A stretch of 64,000 nucleotides of DNA from Octopus sinensis (lineage: Eukaryota). Under the pieces are notes generated by a model, which was given only the letters and a program-made list of their open reading frames with translations, ran no database searches and was not told the origin of the DNA. The first letter of the stretch is position 1. Each line of letters opens with the position of its first letter. This document shows, piece after piece, positions 29,461-44,345 of this stretch. A program made the translations under genes and the position numbers. The stretch spans positions 30,814,001 to 30,878,000 of the forward strand of contig NC_043008.1 in the NCBI RefSeq assembly GCF_006345805.1. The letters are read 5' to 3'.

Positions 29461-30206
29461 GAGGGGTACCCATAAGTAACCGGAATTTTGCAATATTATT
29501 TCTTTCACCTAGTTTTACATGTTTACACCTTTATCGCCTTCTAAGGTTTCTCCATTTGAAGCAACGCATAATCCAGACACGTCTTCTACTATCCGAAGCA
29601 GTGCTGAAACTCTTGCGAAGTGATACCTTTTAATGATCCCGTCGTTTTTTTTCTTCACCTCTTCTACATTTTCAAATTCCGTATCACCAGCCTTCGTTAC
29701 CAGTGATGACCTTCGAAAAAAGTTTTGGATCAACTTCCAACTGTTCTTTCAGTTAAAGATACGCATTCAGTCGTGATTGCTTTAGATCTTCAAGGCGTTT
29801 TCATTCATTCGGGAGGTTGACGGTCATCCTGAACGAGTTTGGTGTTGAAGCGACAAGTGAGCATTCTCAAAGCGTGAAAACTACTCGTAAAATTGTACTT
29901 TGCTCATAGCAGCGTCATGTAAGCTGTTTGAAGCATGGCAACTGTTTCGGCCACCGTTTTCTCCAGCAAAAAACAGAATTCCACAGTGGTAAGCTGTACC
30001 TTCTTAACAGCCATCGCAAAAATGGGACAACAGCGGGGTATCACTGCAAAACAAAGATATACCACGTGGCTGTACGGCTGCAACCGAAGACGGCAGTCGG
30101 CAGACTGATGCCTGAGAGATGCATCGAATGCTTCTAGCAGCGGAAGCCTGAACTACTACGATTTTGTCCGACAGTGACCGTTTCCGGTTACTTTTGGGTA
30201 CCCTCC
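29460..30206 (-). mobile_element. Internally deleted mariner-like element
   Basis: TIRs TGAGGGGTACCCATAAGTAACCGGAA / TTCCGGTTACTTTTGGGTACCCTCC+TA. Remnants VITGNE, FENVEEVKK, CVASNGETLEGD. Confidence 0.85.
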
Positions 30207-30729
30207 TATAAATGTGTGTATATGTGTGCGTGCGTCTATGTGTGTGTGTGTGTAGAATTATATAAATATTTTTCTTATTTGTAGCGCTTTTGTAAATTAC
30301 ACTGTAAATTTTTATTTTTGTTTCATGGCATTCAATTTTTTAATAATTCCACTTCGTTTTCAATTTCCAATTCGTTTAAATTTGGATCTCTATTGTTATT
30401 TGCGTGTTTAATATATTTAATGGGTATTTTATGATATAGATATTAGGTATGCTGTACGTACTGTATGTGTATAATATATTTTTCACTCTGTATTAATATA
30501 CCACTTGATATATTTTACGCGGCAAAATTTATGATGTATACATTATATGGTTGCGCGGCTCATCAACAGAGTTTATTCAGAATTCCTTTCAAAATTGTTC
30601 ATGTAAACAAATAAATTGATAGTCGACTTGAATATGTTATGTACTTTTTCACTTACTGCCTGCTTGAAGTTTTATGCATGATTATATATAAAGCAGAAAT
30701 GTGTGTGTATGTGTGTGTATGTGTACATT

Positions 30730-30930
30730 ATCATCATCATCATCGTTTAACATCTGTTTTCTATTCTGGCATAGGTTGGATGCTTTGACAGAAGTTGACC
30801 AACCGGAGAGCTGTCTGGGCTCCAGTTTTCTCGTTTGGTATAGTTTCTATGGTTGGATGTCCTGCCTAACGCCAACTACTGTACAGAATGTGCTGGATGA
30901 TTTTTACGTGCCACTGGCATCGGTGCGTTT
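30730..30930 (-). mobile_element. SINE-like repeat with (CAT)n tail
   Basis: CATCATCATCATCGTTTAACATC...GGTTGGATGTCCTGCCTAACGCCAAC, typical of RTE-associated SINE tails. Confidence 0.5.
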
Positions 30931-30978
30931 AAGTAACATTGGCATGAGTACATTGTACATATCATTGACACGAGTGCA

Positions 30979-31027
<49 letters not shown>

Positions 31028-31031
31028 TATA

Positions 31032-32162
31032 CAAGATGGTATTAAAGGTTTCCGGACTAGGGCGCCAGCAGATGACAGCACACAGTTACGTGCGCAGAAA
31101 AAGTTAGCTTTGACTTTCATGAGGCAGTGTGCCTAGTAACATTGCAAGTTGTGAAATTTGTGTTTTTGTGATCACAAGTATGGTGTAGTCCGCGATTTTG
31201 TCATGAAAAGGAAGCTCGAACAAATAACCAACGTAAAATTTTGCATTAAACTTGAGAAGTCTGCTACTGAGACATTGAGCATGCCTTGGCAAGCTTGTGC
31301 ATGAAGATCGTTGGAACACAATCAACGACATCGCTGATGCTATTAGTCAGTCGTAGGAGTCCATGCAGGCAATCCTAACGTCTGAATGGAACATGTGACG
31401 CATCTCTGCCAAGCTTGTCCCCCGCCTGCTGACCACTGAACAGAAAGAACATTTCTTCGAAGTCTGTCAAAATATCTGTCAGCGTGCCGCTTATGACCCA
31501 ACTTTCCTGTCAAGGATCATCTCCGGTGGCAAGAATTGGGCCTATGAGTACTACCCTGAGACGAAGCAGCAGTCGTCACAATGGAAGATGACTTCGTCCC
31601 CATGACTGAAGAAGGCATGACAGAACCGCTGTTCAATTAAGAGCAAGAACATCGTTTTTTTTTCGACATCTGTGATATTGTGCATTGAGAATTCGTCCCC
31701 CAGGACAAGACCCTCAAACGAGAGTTCTACTGCGTTGTTTTGAAGTATATAAGGGAGAATATTCAGCAAAAGTGAGTGGATCTGTGGAAATCGAAGGACT
31801 GGATTGTTCACGACGACAATGCACCCTGTCATCGAGCTCTCCTCTCTTATGAGTTTGTCGCCAAATACAGCAAGGTATCGCTTCTGCACACAATCTATTC
31901 GTCACATTTATCACCAGCAGACTTCCATCTCTTCCTAAGATGAAAATGCAGCTAAAAGGTTGCCCTTTTAATGCCGTTGCTGATATCCAGAGCGAATAGT
32001 AGAAGGTCCTCGACTCGCTTACAAGAAAGACTTCCAGGCCGGATTTCAAAAGTGACAGGAATGCACAAGGTGACTATTTCGATGGAGACAATGTTAAAAC
32101 TTAGGTAAATAAGTCATATATTATTACGCATAAGTAATCCGGGAGGTTTTTGATACCACCTC

Positions 32163-32163
<1 letters not shown>
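31032..32163 (+). mobile_element. mariner-like element, decayed transposase
   Basis: TA-flanked TIRs CAAGATGGTATTAAAGGTTTCCGGA / TCCGGGAGGTTTTTGATACCACCTCG. Motifs KLVPRLLTTEQK, YYPETKQQSSQW, HDDNAPCH, SPADFHLF, GDYFDGD. Confidence 0.9.
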
Positions 32164-32248
<85 letters not shown>

Positions 32249-32538
32249 TTTTTCCCAAAAACATTGCACTTCGTTTTCGAGGCTCCGATGAAGCTATAAC
32301 CTATAAGGAGTCTGCTGCATCTCATAGCAGAAATAGTTGTAAGTTAATGAAGCTCATAAGACAATCCTTTACTCTTTGTCATCTTATTTCCTTATTACCG
32401 CTCTGTGCTCGACTAACGCTTTATTCCGAAGCATAAGAATATTGAGTTCTACACTAAGGTATTATTCTAGCAATGACTAAGTGAAGTATGCAACGAGAAA
32501 GAAAATCTTAAAATTATTCTACATGTCTCTTGTGCTTT

Positions 32539-32630
<92 letters not shown>

Positions 32631-32954
32631 ACCGAGAGTATGTGCGTGTGCTTGCGTTCCAAAAAAATACGTGATCAGTGATAGTCAGAGAAACTCTGAG
32701 TTATAAAATAGTTACTTCTGAGAGTTTCTATTGACTAGTTAATAGAGAGTAACCACCGTGTCAAAATCAAAAGTTACATTCTCTATCTGTTTTGGGAAAA
32801 TTTTCCTGTTGCTGGAAGCAAGAGGAAAAGATCGTATATATGCCTATATAAGCATGTGTATGTGAGTGTAAATAAATTTTTAAATACATTGATATGTATA
32901 TAAGTATACACATACGTATATGTGTATGTGTGTATATATATATAAAGTATACAC

Positions 32955-33003
<49 letters not shown>

Positions 33004-33066
33004 TATGTATTTATAAATATCTGTACATGGACACTAACATATATAGCGATATACATACATATATAC

Positions 33067-33170
33067 ATTTATTTAATTTGTACTGACAGCGGAACCGGTT
33101 GTTTCGCTCAGTGAGCGTAAGCTCACAGAGCGAAGCAGCCGGTTCCGTTGTCAGTAGAAAATAAATAAAT
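33067..33170 (+). repeat. 36-bp GC-rich stem with GTAA loop
   Basis: 33081-33116 pairs with 33121-33156: 32 Watson-Crick pairs, 3 G-U and 1 A-A. AT-rich flanks extend the stem. Confidence 0.95.
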
Positions 33171-33904
33171 TTATTATACTCCACTAAATAATTATTGAGG
33201 TCTATATTACAGTGAGTGGTTCCTCGTTTTTAACAAACAGATACTTTCTCATATATGTATATGTATATATACATAAGTACACACACACGCACGCGCTCAC
33301 GCAAACACACATACACACACATAAACACACAGATAAATATAAATGTATGCATATGTATACATATGCATGTATGTATGCACGCATGTATGTTTGCATGTAT
33401 ATATATATATATATATATATATATTTGCATATGTAGAATTCCTGTATAGTTTTAAACATTTTGCAACTAAAAGTTTTTTTTTCTATGTTGCAATGTGTTG
33501 CTTTATTTTTAGGACTCGATATTGTTCTTCGTATTGATTTAGCTGTTAATATATTGCTTGGCGGGTACTTGTTTTTATATAAGTTTCACCCACATTTTAA
33601 CTGAATTTGTTTTTTTTTATTGCTTTCACTTTTAAATAAACAAGAATTAAATTTCCACTGACTTTTCCTTTTTACCCTTCTCTCATTTTTTAATCTAGCA
33701 TTCCCATAACTTCAAAATACACAAAGTAGTTGAAGCATCATACAAGCATATATACACGTACATACCTATACATATAGGAATATATATACATACATGCATG
33801 CACACACATATATATATATACTTGTCTGTGTATGCTTATGCGTAAATATTTGTGTTTGTGTGTATATACATATATATATGTGTCTATATATATGTATATA
33901 TATA

Positions 33905-33961
<57 letters not shown>

Positions 33962-34730
33962 TCTTTGATTATAGAAAGTGAAGATTCCAAGACAGTTAAG
34001 GTTCCTTGCTCAAAGACATTGAAGTTTCATGGATAATACTCAGTGAATTTTCCTTAGTCACAGGAAGCTATGCTTCTTTGCTAAAAGACAATTAACGTGC
34101 CTTGATCGTAAACAGTGACTGTTCCTTACTAATACACAAAGACATTTCTTTGACCATAGACGGTAAAGTCATAACGTTGAAAAAAGTAAGATGTACTAAT
34201 TTCGACCTATTATCCCAATATTAAATTGCAACGAAACGTCCAGATACCAAAACTCTCTTACCAACCAGGAGAGAAGAAAAGACCAAAACTATACGAATGA
34301 TACCTACAGGTAATAAATCTATTTCGGTCGTTCTATTTTTTCACTTAAGTTAGCAATACTTGAAATTCCGGAATAGTTTACATTTAAACATTTTACAAGT
34401 GTTAAGATATTTTTGTATTAAAATATATAGTTTTTGTTTTTGAATTATAGTTGTTACTTTTATTGGTATGGTTGTGAAAAATAGTTTGTGTGATATTACT
34501 TTTGTATATCACTGGTCTTCTATTTCAATAGTTTATTAAATTTCTTACTAAATAAGCAAGAAAAATTTTATCTGCGAACTTTCTCTATTTACATCTCTCA
34601 CTGTCAATTTAACTTTCCGCTTATCGACCTCAAAATGTATATTGAACTAAATATCCGTATATGTATAATGCTTTTAAAGATTCTATATAAGTATAGAGAC
34701 ACTACATACACACGCATAGACGCACGTACA

Positions 34731-34807
<77 letters not shown>

Positions 34808-35105
34808 TCTCATATGGATGTTGAAGTATGTGTTTACATAAAAACATGAACACATACAAACAGGCACAGATATCTTTCTCTCTCTCTTTGTCTCCTCTCG
34901 GTCTCTTTCTCTGTCTTCTGTCTCCCTCTCTCTATCTATCAGTATTTCTATATATATATTTATATATCTGGTTTTATGAATATAAACAGATATAGATATA
35001 AATGCAGATTTATGTGCGTATGCATGAGACTGTGTATGTATGCATGCATAAGTGTGTTTGTTATATATATATATATACACATACATATATATATACATAT
35101 ATATA

Positions 35106-35136
<31 letters not shown>

Positions 35137-35192
35137 AAATATGCCTGTGTGTATGTATTATGAGTGACTATAGATATATATGCATTAATACC

Positions 35193-35227
<35 letters not shown>

Positions 35228-35270
35228 CAGGCAGAAACAGACAGACAGACAGACAGACAGATAGACAGAC

Positions 35271-35450
<180 letters not shown>

Positions 35451-37074
35451 TGACAGAAAGGCATATATAGAAACAAAAGAAGTGAGGATAGGCTATTGTA
35501 CTGTCTTATTACACATTCTAGCTTATAAATTCAAGCAATTTACAAGTAGACCACGCGGTATGGTTATACAAACAAAAGCAGAACTTAATACTGTAAACAC
35601 GTTGAGAGAAAACATATGCATGCATAATTATATATATTCAAATTTTTTTTTTAATTTTATAATAATCAAACAGGAATAAATTTGACTCATATTTTCTACT
35701 CTTTCTCATTGTCAGTTGAGCTTCCTTTCATTCGACGAAAGTACACTATATGTAAATATGTGTGTGTAAAATATATGCATATATATATATCGTGTGTGTG
35801 TGCTTGTATGTGTATGTGCGCGCTTGTATGTGTGTATTTGCGTATGTGTATGTATGTTATTTCATCGCACTGAATCGTTAGAAATTTACTCTACAACATT
35901 AAAAGACGCATATCTGGCAACTTGTATAAGAAAAAGTCGTGCAATGCAGATTGTTTTACAAGGCCTTCATAAGGAACGACTTTAAAAACCAGATACATTA
36001 TAAGAAAAGTAATCACAGTATGCACCCAAATAAGCATAGGTAAAAGAAACTTCTTGTACAACCTTCCTTTTAGTTCAATATATTTTCTTATGTAGTAAAA
36101 ATATCCCTAGATTTAGTACACATAAACTAGTAAGGTGTTATAGATACTATAAACAGTTTAGTTATCATACTGCATGGTTTAACTATAATTACATTAGATA
36201 CTTAATTATATTGAAATTAAAGATCAGCAGGAAACTACGAAGCAAGCACAACTGCATATACTGACACAAACAGAAACAAAATCATAAGCAGCAATATCAT
36301 TATTTCTTGTAAATAGCACATTGGTATTGTGAACCTAGGCCACTACTGTAGATTTAGAAATCGTAAAACGCCCAGACTATAAAGACTCTACAGTAGGGAC
36401 TAAATATGTTTGGGGTATGAGAGATAAAACACAAAATCATCATACTCGATTGGTCAGTCAATCAACATAGAACACTATATATCTATGAACCAAACACTTA
36501 TAGAGGCTTTCTAGCAGACAAGTCTAAAAAAATTAAACTATATTCTATTTAAAATGTCTGATGTAATCTCAAATTCCAACATGAAGTTCGATATCGATTG
36601 ATATTTTCAATTTATGTGCTAAATACCTCAGCGTGCTAAACACCAAGAACGATGTACAGGAGTTGTTCTATAAACATTTTATATTAATATTTTCAGTAAA
36701 ACATCTACCTCCTTCATTCATTCTCTCTTCCCACTCTCTTCCCTCTCTCTTTCCCTCTCCCTATCGCTCGCTCTCTCTCCCTCTCTCCCTCTATATATAT
36801 ATACAGATATGTAGATATATATGCATGTATGTATAAACATACATATACATATGTATGGTGTAGGAGAGGTACAGGCAAGTGATATATATTATATCATATC
36901 ATATAATATCAAACCCTAATATATTTTATATTATATTATTTTATATATTATATTACATATATATATACACCTATATGCTATATATATATATATATCGTAA
37001 TGTTTATATATGTTATACTTCATTACAGATAGATAGTTTTGTATACATTCAAAGCTATATGTATGTGTGTTTAC

Positions 37075-37143
<69 letters not shown>

Positions 37144-37479
37144 AAGTTTACATGTGTGTGTGTTTTAAATATGAAGAAATGTGTATTTTCTAAATAATGT
37201 GCTTCTCAATATTTCTGAGATATTTTTACTTTATGTGCTGAAATGTCATAATTAACATTTCGAGTTATTGGTATCGCTGTTAACACATTGTTTACAAGTA
37301 TTTATTCCACATAAATTTTATTTGTGTAGCTTATTAAATTTACATTCAAATAAACAAGAATTTATCACATCTACTCCCCCTTTCTATCTCTTTGTCAATT
37401 TCAACTCCCCTACTTTCAGTTGGCTCTAAAAATTGCGAACTTAAAAATATTAAAGTATATCTATGCCTGTGTATATATG

Positions 37480-37816
37480 TGGCTACAACTACAGATATGT
37501 ATACATACATACATACATATACATATATACACACACACACATATATATATATTTATATATACACACACACAAACAAACATATATATACATTTATAGATAG
37601 ATATATATAGATACATAGATAAAATATATCAATGAGTACAAGTAAATATGCACATATATATATGTATCATATATGTGTGTCCATGTCTGTGTGTATGTAG
37701 AGATATGGAAAATATTATATATATTGTGCATAAATATATATATATATAAATATGTATATAGGTGAATATGTGTATATATGTCTTTACACAGGTACACACA
37801 CATGTAAGTATATATA

Positions 37817-37848
<32 letters not shown>

Positions 37849-37967
37849 CATACATACATATATACATATATATACATATATATACATATATACATATATA
37901 TACATATATATGCATGCACATATATACATATCACCTATATACATATATATATATATATATATTATAC

Positions 37968-38000
<33 letters not shown>

Positions 38001-38011
38001 CACCTATATGC

Positions 38012-38087
<76 letters not shown>

Positions 38088-38110
38088 CATATATATTCAT
38101 ATACACGTGC
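37480..38110. repeat. (TA)/(TACA) compound microsatellite block
   Basis: Direct inspection. Similar blocks occur throughout, e.g. 38600-38780, 39196-39410, 49740-49812 and 56158-56308. Confidence 0.95.
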
Positions 38111-38672
38111 TGTATATGAGACTGATCCGCTTCCATCACTCTCACTTTCTGTTTCATATATACGCATATATCATCTATATAAATACTTTCCTACCTCCTT
38201 CAAATGTTAATTTCGTCTGATTAACTCCAAATTGAAATACAATAATAGATAATCACGTCTGCGAGTTTGGGTTGACGTGGGAGGATCTTATTCAAACTCA
38301 GAGAATATCCATTGTTTGTTGAAAGCAATTTTTTTTCTATTGTCTCGCCCGAAATTTCGATAGTTGTGAAAGCATAAAATGCTATCAATAATTGAAATAC
38401 ACTACATTCAACATCGCATCTAACCTTTTGTGATTTTGTTTATTTTTCTTAGAGTTTCTTATTTTTATTTTTATTCTTTGTTCATGGTGTGTATTTCATT
38501 CCAGTTACTTTACTTATTTTCTACTATTGTTTAAAATTTGGTGCGAAAGGAAATCAAGATATCGTAAAATTACTCTGGATAGGTATTTCAATCACAAGCG
38601 GATTATATATGTAAATATGTGTTTGCATCTGTACATATATGTGTATATATATACATATATATATACATATAT

Positions 38673-38777
<105 letters not shown>

Positions 38778-39193
38778 GGTCTCTATATACATTAACTTAT
38801 ACATTTATTTACATGTTTATATACAAATAGAAATGCATGTGCGCATTCATATGTATATGCTTACACACAAATTTACATGTATGTATGCATGTAAGTATCT
38901 ACATAAGTATGTATGCATTTATGTTTGTATGTATATACGTATGTATGAATGCAAATAGATGCCAAAGACTTTGCGTGAATCGCGGCCTCGAGATTCTCGA
39001 ACCTCAGTCACTTTCTAGCACCAACTCCACCGTTCAGGTTTAAATAAATCTTATTCCACTCTACCTAAATGTATTGAACACTTTCTTTCGCTTAATTGCC
39101 TTTTTCACCAGTGTGATAGCAACATATATATATATACTCTTTTACTCTTTTACTTGTTTCAGCCATCCGGCTGAGGCCATGCTGGGGCACCGC

Positions 39194-39303
<110 letters not shown>

Positions 39304-41149
39304 CATATACATATACATGTGTGTGTGTATGTATGTATGTATGTATGTATGTTGTATGTATGTATGTATGTATGTATGTATGTATGTATGTATGTATGTA
39401 TGTATGTATATAAGTATGTATGTGAAGTATATTTATATGGAGATGAAATACTGACATATAGATAGGTAGACAGGCAGATAATGATTGATTTTTTGATTCA
39501 TCGATTCATTGATTGAAGCTTTTAATTGTATAAAGAGATTTGTTAAAAGACTGGTTCTTCTATTCGATAACGTCCGGTATCGTTTATTCTATATTCATGA
39601 AAGCGCTTCACTTCTCAACCATAGCTGTACTTTTTCCATCCATTTGTGTAATACTTTGCAATGTAATCTATAAACCAGATTATTGCAGAGTTCAAAATTT
39701 TATTACTGATTAGTGACTAGATTTATTGGTACAATGAAATGCAATTGACATAGTTTCAGTTACAAAATGAGTATCTATGTTGCGTGTTTCTTCTCTTAAA
39801 GTTTTTATGATTTCTACGTATATTCTCTTCCTGCCGTATTTGAACTCTACGATGCCGGAGTTTGATGTGTTTATATTCCAAGTTTGCATAATGTTTCAAT
39901 TTATACAATAACTTGCAGTTCATACAGGTGTAGCGTGCTGGCGTCGTGCGTTCCGTAAGTACAACAGTGTACTCTGTAACAGCCGCCTTTTCTCTTATTT
40001 ATAATGTTTGGAATGTTTTATTGATGTTAATTATAACAGTTGTAGCGGTGTTGGTTGTGGTGGTGATGATGATGGCGTTGGAGGTGATTGTGGTGTTGGG
40101 GGTGGGAAGGTGTGCGAATTGTAATGGTAGGGATATTGAATGCATTTTGTTCAAACATGAATCATCCTTGATCCACCAAATTTATGATAAATGATTTTTC
40201 TGACATGAAAACGTCTCAAGCAGAGTATAACTAATTTTGCCTGAAACCTAATGATTAGTTGGTTATTGAAAAAGTCTCTCTTTCAACATATAGGCGTATG
40301 AGTGTGCATGTGTGTACGAATATATATATGTGTGTGTGTGTATGTGTGTGTGTGTATGTATATGTATGCATATATGAGTGTACACTTTATAGGAAAGATC
40401 CAGGGGAATAATTATTAGGTAACTATGTTGTTTAAGTGTCTCAGGAAACATTGGTCACACTTGTCTGGGATTTGATTCCGGGAAGAAGCGAGACGTATTT
40501 AGGAGAAAATAGGGAAAATTGAAAATTGAGACAAACGCTCAAGATGTTATTAAGTCATTTATATCTTCCTATCGACAACATATGTTTCGATTGACGTATT
40601 CAAAATACATAAGACAGAATGAATAATGATCAACAATGCATCAATCCTATCATAATATAAACAACAGTGGTCACCAGACAGACATTTATCAGAAGATACG
40701 ACAGAAAATGCGACTATATATATATGCATATGCACATATGCACGCGCACACATATACACGCATATATGTATATATATATATATATATACATGCATATACA
40801 CACACATACATGTACACACATACATCTACATATATACACATCCGCACATAAGTATACATAAATATACACATGCATATATACACATACACTCATACATAAA
40901 CTCACAACACACACATATACATGAGCATACGTTTATAGACCTCTACGACAACGTAGTTACACACATAAACATTCGTACACATACACATACACACATTTGT
41001 ATGCATAAATAGTATACATACAGGAACAGATACAGATTTACGCCCTTATACATTTATAGAAAGGTAAATAATAAAGGGAACGGTAAATTTTTAAAATTCC
41101 GTTAGGGAAATATACTTCATAATAATATCAATGATATTAGCCTTTGGAA

Positions 41150-41945
41150 CTGTGGTCCAAATAAAACGAATGTTGTAAATGGAAACTGCTGTATTAAAAC
41201 TGCCCTTTACCAATGTAAATTTATCTCTGAAACCAAGGAATCTTTTTATATCGGATCATCTTCTACGGATTTGAAATCCAAACTCGCGAGCCACTTTTCT
41301 ACCTGCAAATACAATCGTAAGCGTAATTCCCACAAGACTTAGTAAACTAATCTGGCACCTTAAAGACTCTAACAAACTTTTTTCTTCAGATTGGAAATTT
41401 TATCAAGATCATTCCCCTGTGTCAAATGGAAATCTTTCTGTCCTCTCTGTACGGAAGAGCATTTTCTATCCTTGTTTCCAAATATAAATTGGGGAACACG
41501 TTTACGTAGCGAGTTTACAGGTGTTCACATTAGAAAAGACACTCTTTCGCTTCTTTTTAAATAGTATCTACCCCTTACCTAATAGTTTCTGCAAATTAAT
41601 TTTTCTTTATTCTTACTTCCCATAACCCTTATTCCTCCCTTCATCTTCTTTCCCTTCTTTTATCTAATCAATTTTGCCCGTCCCTCTATCCTCTCTCTCT
41701 ATCTTTTTCTCTCTCTCTATACTTTTCTCCTTCCCCCTCCTTACCTATTTATACCTTCTCTTCGTCTCTCCCCTTATGAAGTATATTTCGTAAACGACAT
41801 TTTCAAATTTTAGCGTTCTCTTTACTATTTAGTTTTTCCCATATATGTATATGCGTGTACATCTTCAGATTGCCGAGTCTAAAAAGTGGAATCCTGGTGG
41901 TAAAATGAATTGAAATGGAACTGAAGAATACTTTTATTCAATATA
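41150..41945 (+). pseudogene. Penelope-like GIY-YIG 3' end with 3' UTR and decayed hammerhead
   Basis: NCCIKTALYQCK...FYIGSSSTDLKSKLASH, LSKLIWHLK, CPLCTEE. Stem TCTTCAG/CTGAAGA (41862-41927) encloses TTGCCGA...GAAAT. Confidence 0.75.
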
Positions 41946-42989
41946 TAAAACTATATATATATATATATATATAAAACTATATATATATATTTACAAATTC
42001 AGTGACAGCGTAACCTTCACCCAGCGCTAAAATAAAGAACTTTATTTCATCAAAAAATTTAGACCAAGTTTGAACATCCTGGGCCAGGAATATTAAAACA
42101 AAACATTGGTCTTCCGAAAAGGAAAAATGAAATTCCACCACAACCACCACGATCACTTCGACTACTTCCACTATCACTACTACTACAACCACCCTGGTCG
42201 CTACTATTGCTGCTACAATCAACAGTCCTCTACTGCTGCTGCTGCTACGGCCACAGCTTAACTGCTACAACCCCAACCGCCACCACGGTTGCCAAAACAA
42301 CGACCAACAGTAACTGCTACTACCGCCATTTAAGCCACTAGACATACTGCTGCTGCGAGGACAGCCACCACCTAGCCACCACAACCAATAAGCTGCTGCA
42401 ACCCCAACCACCACCACGGTTACTACTACAACGACCAACAATCACTACTGCTGCTACCATTCCATTGGAACACAAGGACGGTTCCTTTTGATATCAGCAA
42501 GAAACAATAATGAACTTCTTTACTACACTCAACTTGAAATTTATAGCGATTATACCTACTACCGACAAAACACCACCACATGGATTCTATTGAGACCAGT
42601 AAGAAACAATTATGAACTTTTCTATTGCACTTTTTATAATATTTTTGATAAGGTTCGTATTTTCAAGAACCGAAACATGTAAAATTAATAAGAAAATTAA
42701 AATTTATCAAATATAGTGGCGTTTTCAAACTTCTTTTTTACAAATATATATATATATATTTATAATTAATCAATATAGGGTGGCAAAATAAATTTTGTAG
42801 AACTTTTTTGCCACCAGCGGCCTAGTACAAAAATTAAATAGTCATAGACCATTTTTAAGTTCAACATCACAATCAAGGAACGGCCATAATAGGCCATTCA
42901 CCCACTAGAAATAACAGCCAAAAGCTTTAACCGCAAAATAACATCAATTCCGTAAACCAGGAGAAAATTAAAAAACATTTACCCTGTAA

Positions 42990-43094
42990 TTTCTTATACG
43001 ATGCACCGTTTCGTCTACTGTTTAATGGTAAACTAACCTGATTAAATTAAATCAAGCCAATCTACCATAGGCCCTTAGATTCATCAGTAAGAAA
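42990..43094 (-). ncRNA. Type I hammerhead ribozyme
   Basis: Reverse complement of the motif at 43750-43854. Confidence 0.8.
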
Positions 43095-43749
43095 TAGCCA
43101 AGTCGGAACAGATATTTTTCACGAGGCATTCCCGTCCCTGCCTCGGCAATATCTGACCTAAAATTTTCAAATCATCGCACTCGCGCCAAATTTATCGGCA
43201 GCAAATAAATATAAGCCGCCGATTCCATTACGGAACTAACCAGAAAATTCATAATTAATCAATATAGGGTGGCAAAAAAAATTTTGTAGAACTTTTTTGC
43301 CACCAGCGGCCTAGTGGGAAAAAATTAAATAGTCATAGACCATTTTTAAGTTCAACATCACAATCAAGGAACGGCCATAATAGGCCATTCACCCACTAGA
43401 AATAACAGCCAAAAGCTTTAACCGCAAAATAACATCAATTCCGTAAACCAGGAGAAAATTAAAAAACATTTACCCTGTAATTTCTTATACGATGCACCGT
43501 TTCGTCTACTGTTTAATGGTAAACTAACCTGATTAAATTAAATCAAGCCAATCTACCATAGGCCCTTTTTGCCACCCTATATTGATTAATTATGAATTTT
43601 CTGGTTAGTTCCGTAATGGAATCGGCGGCTTATATTTATTTGCTGCCGATAAATTTGGCGCGAGTGCGATGATTTGAAAATTTTAGGTCAGATATTGCCG
43701 AGGCAGGGACGGGAATGCCTCGTGAAAAATATCTGTTCCGACTTGGCTA

Positions 43750-43854
43750 TTTCTTACTGATGAATCTAAGGGCCTATGGTAGATTGGCTTGATTTAATTT
43801 AATCAGGTTAGTTTACCATTAAACAGTAGACGAAACGGTGCATCGTATAAGAAA
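43750..43854 (+). ncRNA. Type I hammerhead ribozyme
   Basis: TTTCTTA-CTGATGA-[ATCTA...19-bp hairpin...TAGAC]-GAAAC-GGTGCATC-GTA-TAAGAAA. Predicted cleavage after A43847. Confidence 0.8.
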
Positions 43855-44240
43855 TTACAGGGTAAATGTTTTTTAATTTTCTCCTGGTTTACGGAATTGA
43901 TGTTATTTTGCAGTTAAAGCTTTTGGCTGTTATTTCTAGTGAGTGAATGGCCTATTATGGCCGTTCCTTGATTGTGATGTTGAACTTAAAAATGGTCTAT
44001 GACTATTTAATTTTTTCCCACTAGGCCGCTGGTGGCAAAAAAGTTCTACAAAATTTTTTTTGCCACCCTATATTGATTAATTATGAATTTTCTGGTTAGT
44101 TCCGTAATGGAATCGGCGGCTTATATTTATTTGCTGCCGATAAATTTGGCGCGAGTGCGATGATTTGAAAATTTTAGGTCAGATATTGCTGAGGCAGGGA
44201 CGGGAATGCCTCGTGAAAAATATCTGTTCCGACTTGGCTA

Positions 44241-44345
44241 TTTCTTACTGATGAATCTAAGGGCCTATGGTAGATTGGCTTGATTTAATTTAATCAGGTT
44301 AGTTTACCATTAAACAGTAGACGAAATGGTGCATCGTATAAGAAA
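44241..44345 (+). ncRNA. Type I hammerhead ribozyme (GAAAC to GAAAT variant)
   Basis: Same motif 491 nt downstream. Predicted cleavage after A44338. Confidence 0.75.

Noticed and set aside
42130-42660. Thr-rich mucin-like frame and short direct repeats
   Set aside because: Degenerate (ACC/ACT/GCT)n with stops and frameshifts, and no clear splice sites.
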